Of a DNA stretch of 64,000 nucleotides, positions 24,220-31,013 are shown piece after piece. Position 1 is the first letter of the stretch; each line of letters begins with the position of its first letter. The stretch spans positions 32,414 to 96,413 of the forward strand of contig CALVLA010000001.1 of NCBI GenBank assembly GCA_944336125.1, given 5' to 3'. Below the pieces are notes generated by a model. That model did no database searches and was not told the origin of the DNA. It worked only from the letters and a program-made list of their open reading frames with translations. Source of the stretch: an uncultured Clostridia bacterium. GTDB lineage: Bacteria; Bacillota; Clostridia; Christensenellales; CAG-314. A program made the translations under genes and the position numbers.

Positions 24220-26082
24220 TTAGCAACCACCGGCATCAGCAGCAGGAGGAGTTGTTGTAGAAGAACTACCACCTGTGGAACCGCCTGCAGCAGGTTCTTC
24301 TGCAGCAGCAGAATCATCTACTCTAGGAAGTGGTTGATAGTAAGAATAATCGTTAGCTTCGAATACAGTTTTAACTGCATTGTCCCAAGCGATTCTTACT
24401 GGGTTATCTTCAACAGAAGTATCAGCCCAGTAGTATTCAGCTTCTTTCCAGATTTCGAGTTTACCGCCCTTATCAGTACCAGTGAAGCCCATGATGTTAG
24501 GAACGCACATACGAGTATGAACTTTATCGTTGATGAAGAGCTGATATCTGTTGCCTCTGCCAAGCATGTCAGATTTCCATTGAACGTTCCAGTAGCTCTT
24601 GTACTGAGTGCCACCTGCAGCGATAGTATCGAGCAAGTAGTTGTAGAGACCCGCAAAAGTCATGTTTGCGGCAGTAGTATTAGGCTGTGGAACAGGTTGT
24701 GCTTTTGTAGGTTCAGTCTGGTTAGAAGTTCTGATGTTCATACCTGTCGAAACGGAGCTACCGTTGAGGTAAACAGATGCAGAACCATCAAGGTTAGGGT
24801 CGAAGAAGAAGATTCTCTTGATGCCGTAGTCTTTTGCCAAGTCACTAGTGATTTTAGCAATAGACTGGGTGTTAGGGCACCATGCACCACCGAAGAATAC
24901 GTTGTAGTCGCCTTCTTTGAGGTTTTTCAAAATGTCGATGAATTCAGCGTAAGTGATAACTTCGTAAACACTGTCGCTACCTTCAAGGAAGCCGTCAGTA
25001 GCAGTGTCATAATCACCGGCCATGTGGAGTCTGTAGTCACCGAAGTAATCGAAAGTGTCGATTACGCTAGCATCGAACATGTCTTTGCTGTAAGGACCAT
25101 TATCGTGGTCAGTACCGCTTTGGAGTCCGCCGCCGAAGCTTGGAACTGTCAATGCGATAGACTGAATAACTCTTTCGAGTTCAACCTTATCAGTACCGAT
25201 TTTGCCTTCTTTAGTAGTTACAGAGTATTTAGTAGATGTAGTAGTCACTTCGCCAGCAGCATAAACATCTGTTTCACCAATTACGTTGCCCTGTGCGTCT
25301 TCAATTCCCAAAGAAGTGAGGTCAGCGCTGAATTCAGCCAAAATGGAGCTTGGAGCTTTTGCTTTAAGACCAACCATCTCAGCATCAGTCATAGTGAAGT
25401 TAATCCAACCAGCTACCGGAGCATCGTCATCATCCAAGCTTGCAGCTGCAGACCAAACTTTGTACTGAGTTACAGTAGTAGAAGTGCTGGAAGGAGCAGC
25501 TGTAACATCGAGAGAAATAAGAGCTGCTTCAGGGATATCTTGTGCGTTAGGAGCATCAGCTTCTTTTACAAAACCGTGAGAATAGTTAGTTCCGAGGTAA
25601 GCCTGAAGAGCTTTTCTGATGTTGTTTGCTTTTGCACTTACGCTAGCGATGTTATCACTGTTGAGGTACAAACCGTCAGCATAGTTAACAGTTGTTCCGT
25701 CTTTGAAAGTTTCTTTAGTGTATTGAGCATCAGTCAATGTGGAAGTAACGCCGCCGTCGAGTTTGAGGTCAAGGTTGTAAACTTGAACGTCATATTCTTT
25801 TGCAAGGTCGTTAACAGCCTTGATGTTAGCCTGTGCTTTGCTGTCCCAAGCGCCGCCAGTGTAAATCAAGTATTGGCCAGGTGTTCTCAACATCATGGTA
25901 AGTTGCATAAATACCATCGAGTGAATGCGGATATCTTCCTCATCTTTCAATGATGAATATGCACTTCTGTAGTAGTTGTAGTCATCAGCAGGGTTCGGTT
26001 TTGCACCGCCGCAAGCAGCGAGACTAAAAACACCGAAAACCATGACAACTGCCAACAGCACTGTCAAAAGTTTCTTTTTCAT
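24220..26082 (-). CDS. Secreted lipoprotein with two degenerate thioredoxin-like modules (hypothetical, probably abundant)
   Basis: 620 aa with a signal peptide and lipobox (VFSLAAC). An internal duplication pairs YTGGAWDSKAQANIKAVNDLAKEYDV..LDLKLDG with FGGAWCPNTQSIAKITSDLAKDYGI..FDPNLDG. The tail is low-complexity and ends GGC. AGGAGG RBS and a consensus promoter. Codon choice (GCT/ACT/GGT/AGA) resembles tuf and fusA rather than the neighbouring genes. Confidence 0.7.
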   Translation of the reverse strand: MKKKLLTVLLAVVMVFGVFSLAACGGAKPNPADDYNYYRSAYSSLKDEEDIRIHSMVFMQLTMMLRTPGQYLIYTGGAWDSKAQANIKAVNDLAKEYDVQVYNLDLKLDGGVTSTLTDAQYTKETFKDGTTVNYADGLYLNSDNIASVSAKANNIRKALQAYLGTNYSHGFVKEADAPNAQDIPEAALISLDVTAAPSSTSTTVTQYKVWSAAASLDDDDAPVAGWINFTMTDAEMVGLKAKAPSSILAEFSADLTSLGIEDAQGNVIGETDVYAAGEVTTTSTKYSVTTKEGKIGTDKVELERVIQSIALTVPSFGGGLQSGTDHDNGPYSKDMFDASVIDTFDYFGDYRLHMAGDYDTATDGFLEGSDSVYEVITYAEFIDILKNLKEGDYNVFFGGAWCPNTQSIAKITSDLAKDYGIKRIFFFDPNLDGSASVYLNGSSVSTGMNIRTSNQTEPTKAQPVPQPNTTAANMTFAGLYNYLLDTIAAGGTQYKSYWNVQWKSDMLGRGNRYQLFINDKVHTRMCVPNIMGFTGTDKGGKLEIWKEAEYYWADTSVEDNPVRIAWDNAVKTVFEANDYSYYQPLPRVDDSAAAEEPAAGGSTGGSSSTTTPPAADAGGC

Positions 26083-26137
26083 ATTGTCCTCCTTAATAAT
26101 TCATCATACTGCTCATGTATGACATTATCTTGAGAAT

Positions 26138-26166
26138 AGTATATTCACTCTCTTTCAAGTTGTCAA
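26138..26166 (-). promoter_or_regulatory. Strong sigma-A-type promoter of the lipoprotein gene
   Basis: On the minus strand, TTGACA (26166-26161), a 17-nt spacer, TATACT (26143-26138). Confidence 0.6.
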
Positions 26167-26202
26167 TAGAAAAAACCAAAAATTTGCCCTTTTAACGCCG
26201 CC

Positions 26203-26234
26203 AAAAAAAGGGAAAGCCGCGAATCGCGCGGCTT
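26203..26234 (-). terminator. Rho-independent terminator after ccdA
   Basis: Stem AGCCGCG(26215-26221)/CGCGGCT(26227-26233), followed on the minus strand by TTCCCTTTTTTT. Confidence 0.7.
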
Positions 26235-26237
26235 TTA

Positions 26238-26317
26238 ATTGATTGGTCAAATTATTTAATTGTTTAGTCAAATTAATTAATTGATATGTCAAATTGCTAA
26301 TTTGACGGGGTCAAATA
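26238..26317. repeat. Four tandem ~21-bp AT-rich units each carrying GTCAAAT(T), with nested inverted repeats
   Basis: GTCAAAT starts at 26246, 26267, 26288 and 26310 (spacing 21, 21, 22). The unit consensus is roughly AATTGwTwnGTCAAATT. Nested palindromes are GTCAAATTgctAATTTGAC (26288-26306) and ATTTGACgggGTCAAAT (26300-26316). Confidence 0.8.
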
Positions 26318-27028
26318 TCAGATATACAATGCCGAAATAATAAGATACAAACCGAAAATAAAGATAATGACGCCCAAAGCGATTTTTACGATTTTAGCGG
26401 CCTTTTCAAATTTTTCGGAATTTTGAAGTTGTCTGGCAAAACCTATCGAAGTGCCGGCAACAACCATAAACACGTTAAAGCCGACGGAATAAACCAGCAT
26501 GAGAAGTATACTGTTGAGCCAGCCCATTGCCGAAACGGAGGTGTATGCCACCATCGCACTGATTACCGGTGTTGCGCAAGGAGTGGCAAACAAGCCGCCG
26601 GTAACGCCTATAAGGAAAGCACCGAGCACACCTTTTTTTGTAGTTTTGATATTTGCGCCACAGCGTGAACCAAGGAAATTAGTTAACCCCCACATCTCAT
26701 AAGCCATGACGACCATAAGAATACCAAGCACAATGTAAAAGATTGTGACCCAAATGCCGCCTATACCAAGCATTTGACCGATAAGCGCGCCGATAACGCC
26801 GAGTGCCACAAAGATAACGGATTCACCCAACGCCACAAAGATAGAATAGACAAAAGCTTTTTTGCGGGTAGAGCTAGTTCCGCCAACGTAAGCGATAACC
26901 ATAGGAACGCTTGAGAGAGCGCAAGGAGTAAAGAAGGTAAGCAAACCTGCCACGAAAGCGACAAGAAGGCCGAGCCAGAAGTTTTGCGCTATTATAACGC
27001 TGAGTGATTCCAACCAAGTTTCAATCAT
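26318..27028 (-). CDS. ccdA: Cytochrome c biogenesis-type thiol:disulfide electron transporter CcdA (DsbD-family membrane core)
   Basis: 236 aa with 6 TM helices and the two conserved Cys motifs FFTPCALS and FATPCATPV. GGAGG RBS. Confidence 0.85.
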   Translation of the reverse strand: MIETWLESLSVIIAQNFWLGLLVAFVAGLLTFFTPCALSSVPMVIAYVGGTSSTRKKAFVYSIFVALGESVIFVALGVIGALIGQMLGIGGIWVTIFYIVLGILMVVMAYEMWGLTNFLGSRCGANIKTTKKGVLGAFLIGVTGGLFATPCATPVISAMVAYTSVSAMGWLNSILLMLVYSVGFNVFMVVAGTSIGFARQLQNSEKFEKAAKIVKIALGVIIFIFGLYLIISALYI

Positions 27029-27042
27029 AAAAGGCTACCTCC

Positions 27043-27651
27043 TCAGTTGTTTCCGTAAGGGTTAGCGATAAGTTTTTCTACCCTTTTTTTGATGTCTTCA
27101 TAATTGTTTGTAGTACGCGGGTTGTAATTTTTAACTTTCGCGTAAACTTCCAATTGTTTCCAATCCTGATTCGGGTCTTGACTTGCGTAGAAATAAATAA
27201 CGGTAGGAACACCCGTTTTTCCCGCTTCGATACCGCCCGGCTGATAAATCTTCCAGATTTCGGTTCCCTCTTTGTTGTCGAGAACGTCTATGCAGTAAAA
27301 GTTGACCTTATCCCCATACTGGTCTTTTACCTGCGAGATCTGCGGGGTCACCTCTTTGCAGTAGCTGCAGCTAGGCTTAGTGCAGTAAAGTACGGTAGGT
27401 TTGGAAAAGTCGAGATTGGCAAAAGAAGATACCGAATTCTTTTTAATGGAATAAGGACTTCCGAAAATAAAGCCGCCGATAATGACGAGAAGCACTATAG
27501 AAGAAAGAACGATAAGCAAAATTCTTTTGATTTTTTCTTCTTTAGAAAGCGGAGCTTTTTGCACCGCAGCTCCTCCCGAAACAGCAGGCTGCTGTTGCTG
27601 AGCGATATTATTTTCGCCGCAGTCTTTGTTTTTGAGTTCGTCTTGTGCCAT
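27043..27651 (-). CDS. Membrane-anchored thioredoxin-like protein (CxxC = CSYC)
   Basis: Trimmed to ATG 27651 (GAGG RBS). One TM anchor (ILLIVLSSIVLLVIIGGFIF), then a thioredoxin fold with TKPSCSYCKEV and a cis-Pro region GVPTVIYF. ccdA follows 14 nt downstream. Confidence 0.75.
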   Translation of the reverse strand: MAQDELKNKDCGENNIAQQQQPAVSGGAAVQKAPLSKEEKIKRILLIVLSSIVLLVIIGGFIFGSPYSIKKNSVSSFANLDFSKPTVLYCTKPSCSYCKEVTPQISQVKDQYGDKVNFYCIDVLDNKEGTEIWKIYQPGGIEAGKTGVPTVIYFYASQDPNQDWKQLEVYAKVKNYNPRTTNNYEDIKKRVEKLIANPYGNN

Positions 27652-27752
27652 AAAATACCTCATGAAGCGGCCGAGCCGCAATATACGATCCGCCTTAAGC
27701 AGATACGTCGATTATATTTGAGATTATAAAATATGAAAAAAAATTCGTCAAT

Positions 27753-27778
27753 ACAAAAAAAACGGCAATAGCCGTTTT
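27753..27778 (-). terminator. Rho-independent terminator after the DUF819 gene
   Basis: Short stem CGGC(27763-27766)/GCCG(27771-27774) flanked by an A8 run and a T6 run. Confidence 0.5.
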
Positions 27779-28939
27779 TTAAAACAACAAAAATAAGCTG
27801 CCCAAACCGATACCCAAAAAGTTTCCTATCGCATACCCCAGGATACCGCAGATAAGACCGGGGACAAGCAGCGAGTTGTCTTTAAGAGTTTCGGCAACCG
27901 GAGGAATGAACGCAGGTCCGTACACTCCCGCCGTGCTTGTGATAAGCGCGGTTTTCGAATCAATTTTAAAAATTTTGCATAAAACCACGTGAACAACAAT
28001 AGTTGCCGTCTGAACGCACGCTACAATAATAAGGACAGGCAAAATCGAGCTTACGAGAGTAGAAAGGTCTATGCTCATGCTCAAAGCAAGCGAAAACATT
28101 AAAATGAGGTAATGTCCTGTCTGAAAAGTTCCCTTTGTTTCTCTCACTGGCTTTAAGAAGGAAAAACCGATACCGAAAGCGGTGACGCCAAGCATAACTA
28201 TCGTAACGTCCAACGAATTGGTAAAAAGAAAAGCAACGCCTGCCGAAACGCCAAGGCAGCCTACCGCGAGAAGAATTACCCCGACAAGCCTGAAAAATTC
28301 TTTTTTACCTTTAAGTTTTGTAAGGGTGTATTCCTGCGCATATTGAGAAAGTTCCTGATTTTCGCAGTTTTGGCATTGACTTTCCTGATTTTTGTTTTTT
28401 CTGTCGAGAATAAAGGAATAGACCGGTTTTGCAAAAGTAAGCAAAAACAAAAAGTAAAAACCGCCCACAATAAGGTCTGAAGTATTTGCCATCTGCAAAA
28501 TTTCGCTGTCGACGCCGAGAGCAAGCCCTATTGCATTGAGGTTAGGCGTGCCTCCCGTGTAAAGTCCGCTAAGCATAGCGGTAATACCCGCAGCTTCTTC
28601 AACATAAGGGTCAGAGATAAAGAACGCGGCGGTAACGACTACGGTTACCGACACGCAGACGAGGGCGAAAGAGAGCAACGATTTTTTTGCCATGCGTTTT
28701 GCGGAATTGAGGTTAAGTGAAAAGAGAATAAGCGGAATTGCCACAGGAATAGTTACTTCGGAAACAGACATAGTCAGCTCTTTGTCAAAAGGCAGACCGC
28801 AAACACCGAGAATTATGCCCAAAGCATAACACAAAGCAACTGCGCCTATAACGGCGAAGAATTTTACTTTTTTAGTAAGAAAAATAATGCCTGCAGGCGC
28901 AAAAAGAATAATACATACCGAAAGAATAGTCCAAAACAT
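27779..28939 (-). CDS. DUF819 (YjcL-like) integral membrane protein
   Basis: About 386 aa with more than 10 TM helices. The ATG at 28939 overlaps the TGA of the upstream gene (TGATG). Confidence 0.7.
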   Translation of the reverse strand: MFWTILSVCIILFAPAGIIFLTKKVKFFAVIGAVALCYALGIILGVCGLPFDKELTMSVSEVTIPVAIPLILFSLNLNSAKRMAKKSLLSFALVCVSVTVVVTAAFFISDPYVEEAAGITAMLSGLYTGGTPNLNAIGLALGVDSEILQMANTSDLIVGGFYFLFLLTFAKPVYSFILDRKNKNQESQCQNCENQELSQYAQEYTLTKLKGKKEFFRLVGVILLAVGCLGVSAGVAFLFTNSLDVTIVMLGVTAFGIGFSFLKPVRETKGTFQTGHYLILMFSLALSMSIDLSTLVSSILPVLIIVACVQTATIVVHVVLCKIFKIDSKTALITSTAGVYGPAFIPPVAETLKDNSLLVPGLICGILGYAIGNFLGIGLGSLFLLF

Positions 28940-30051
28940 CAATCCACCAAGTCCATACCGTAAAGTCTGTAGCGTTTGTAAAGAACCCCGCCCGCCGAAG
29001 TAATGGCATCGTTAGGTTTTTTGTTGTTTTCCATCATGCTGGAGGCTTCTATCAAATCAGCCCCCATTTTTTCAGCCGAATCAAACAACGCGAGGTAAAG
29101 GGACAAAATGACTCCCTTGTTTTGATATTCTGGAATAACGTATTGCAAAAGACCTCTTACGGTTTTAATTTTGTTTTTGTAATAAAACATTTTCAAAATT
29201 GCGATAGGGTTAAGCTTTCCCTTCATCTTTTGAAAAACAAAGTTAAAGTCAGGAACGGCAATAACTACGCCAATAAGCTTGTTGTCCGACGACCTTCTGG
29301 CCAACAGACACAACTCCTCTTTCAAAAAGGCTTTCCATTGCGAAACAATTGACCTCAATGCTTCGATTGACGGAGCGTCCTGAAAGATGTCTTCGGTAGT
29401 AGCCTCTTTCATAACCTCGCCCACCTCGGTGATAAGGGTGTCGATGTTGCGGAAATCCGCGCACTCTATATAGTAACCGTAGCGTTTTTTTGCCATTTCC
29501 GAAACTTTTGAGTATCTTTCTACAGGAATTGTTTGCTTTGTAAGGGCATAGGCAAGTGTATCAAAGTCCTTTTTCATGCCAAAGTTTTCGAGAAGCGCGG
29601 GATAATACTTTTTGTTGTATGAGGTAAGAAGTACCGGCGGTCTTTCAAAACCATCGATGAGTATTCCCCTGCGGTTGTCCTGGTCAAAAGGAAAATAAGT
29701 TCCCTCGACGTGCGCCACTCCTCTGCTTTTGAGATCGACGCACATTGCCGAAAGGATAGCGTCAGCCGCTTTTTGGTCGTTCACACACTCAAACATGTAA
29801 AAAAAGCCGCAGTTGTCAATGTGATATTGTTTGTGTTTGTCCACCGTATAAAGTATGCGCGCCACGGTAACGCCATTTTCCTCTGCCGTCAGAGCAGTAT
29901 AAGTTTTGTCCTCAAAAAGCAGTTTTTTCAAAGTCTTTTTAATGTCCGATTTAATGTAAGGAACAAAATTTTCGTCCCCTTCGTACAGTTTGTCCTGAAA
30001 GCGCAAAAATTTTTTCAGTTTTTTGATATCGTCCACTTTAACAATTTCCAT
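28939..30051 (-). CDS. Hypothetical protein, acyl-CoA N-acyltransferase (GNAT)-like
   Basis: 370 aa. The C-terminal region VIPEYQNKGVILSLY resembles the GNAT acetyl-CoA loop (Q/RxxGxG/A-like). The assignment is tentative. Confidence 0.45.
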   Translation of the reverse strand: MEIVKVDDIKKLKKFLRFQDKLYEGDENFVPYIKSDIKKTLKKLLFEDKTYTALTAEENGVTVARILYTVDKHKQYHIDNCGFFYMFECVNDQKAADAILSAMCVDLKSRGVAHVEGTYFPFDQDNRRGILIDGFERPPVLLTSYNKKYYPALLENFGMKKDFDTLAYALTKQTIPVERYSKVSEMAKKRYGYYIECADFRNIDTLITEVGEVMKEATTEDIFQDAPSIEALRSIVSQWKAFLKEELCLLARRSSDNKLIGVVIAVPDFNFVFQKMKGKLNPIAILKMFYYKNKIKTVRGLLQYVIPEYQNKGVILSLYLALFDSAEKMGADLIEASSMMENNKKPNDAITSAGGVLYKRYRLYGMDLVD

Positions 30052-30099
30052 AATAGTAGATATTATAAAGTAAAATTTTTAAAAAGTAAAATATCAAAA

Positions 30100-30129
30100 A
30101 TAAAAAAGCCCGAACTATTTTCGGGCTTA
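30100..30129 (-). terminator. Rho-independent terminator after the MscS gene
   Basis: Stem AGCCCGA(30107-30113)/TCGGGCT(30121-30127), then TTTTTATTTTT on the minus strand. Confidence 0.75.
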
Positions 30130-30131
30130 AA

Positions 30132-30950
30132 TTATTTTATTGAAGGAAGGTGAACGTCGAGCTGCTGGAACGGAATAGTAATACCGTTTTCGTCAAAAGC
30201 CCGTTTTACCTTTTCAAGCATTGCATAGTAAAGCGGCCAATAATCTGCGGCAGCGCACCAAAGCTTTGCGGTAATTTCAATTGCGCTGGAAGCGTGCGCA
30301 CTCATACCTATAAAAGGAGCAGGCAACTCAAGCACGTATCCGGTCGAAGCGGCGCATTGCAAAATTATGTTTCTTGCCTTTTCGTAGTCGTCATCGTAAG
30401 CGATTTGAAAAACAATGTCAACCCTTCTGGTACTTTTTACCGAGTAGTTGGTAAGGCTTTCTGTTGACATCTGCGAATTGGGCACGGTAATCACTTTGTT
30501 GTCGTTTGTCACGATGTAGGTGTAATACATGTCGATGTTTTCGACAGTACCCTCCTCGCCGTTTTCGCATTTGATGTAATCGCCTATTTTAAAAGGACGA
30601 AGCACAAGTACGATAATGCCGCCGGCAATGTTTGAGAGCGAGCCCTGCAACGCAAGACCGAGGGCAAGACCGAGAGAAGCGACAGCCGCTATGATACTGC
30701 TTGTTTCAATGCCTATAAAGCCCAAATAAGTGACAACCAAAATGACTTTTACGATTTTTCGCAAAGTCGCGGTTACCACTACCGAAGCGGTAAGGTCCAC
30801 TTTTTTCTTTTTTAGGGACTTGCTTATTTTTCCGAAAACAAGGTTGGTGATTTTGAAGAGGAAAAACAACACTACAAGTCCCAGCACGATTTTAACGCCG
30901 CTTGTCGTGAGCCAATTCAAAACCGAATCCAAAATCTGCTGAAAATCCAT
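30132..30950 (-). CDS. Small-conductance mechanosensitive channel (MscS family)
   Basis: 272 aa with 3 N-terminal TM helices, then the MscS beta-domain block RPFKIGDYI...GTVENIDMYYTYIVTNDNKVITVPNS. Confidence 0.9.
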   Translation of the reverse strand: MDFQQILDSVLNWLTTSGVKIVLGLVVLFFLFKITNLVFGKISKSLKKKKVDLTASVVVTATLRKIVKVILVVTYLGFIGIETSSIIAAVASLGLALGLALQGSLSNIAGGIIVLVLRPFKIGDYIKCENGEEGTVENIDMYYTYIVTNDNKVITVPNSQMSTESLTNYSVKSTRRVDIVFQIAYDDDYEKARNIILQCAASTGYVLELPAPFIGMSAHASSAIEITAKLWCAAADYWPLYYAMLEKVKRAFDENGITIPFQQLDVHLPSIK

Positions 30951-31013
30951 AACTAACCCCTCAATCGATTAAGACAATTATGAAACAGTTGCAAGCCGCT
31001 GTCAACAAAAAGT

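Noticed and set aside
24334-25953. A 539-aa plus-strand ORF.
   Set aside because: It is antisense to the lipoprotein gene. The minus-strand frame has a signal peptide, a lipobox, a strong RBS, a promoter and an internal duplication. The plus-strand product is S/V/F-rich with no start signals.
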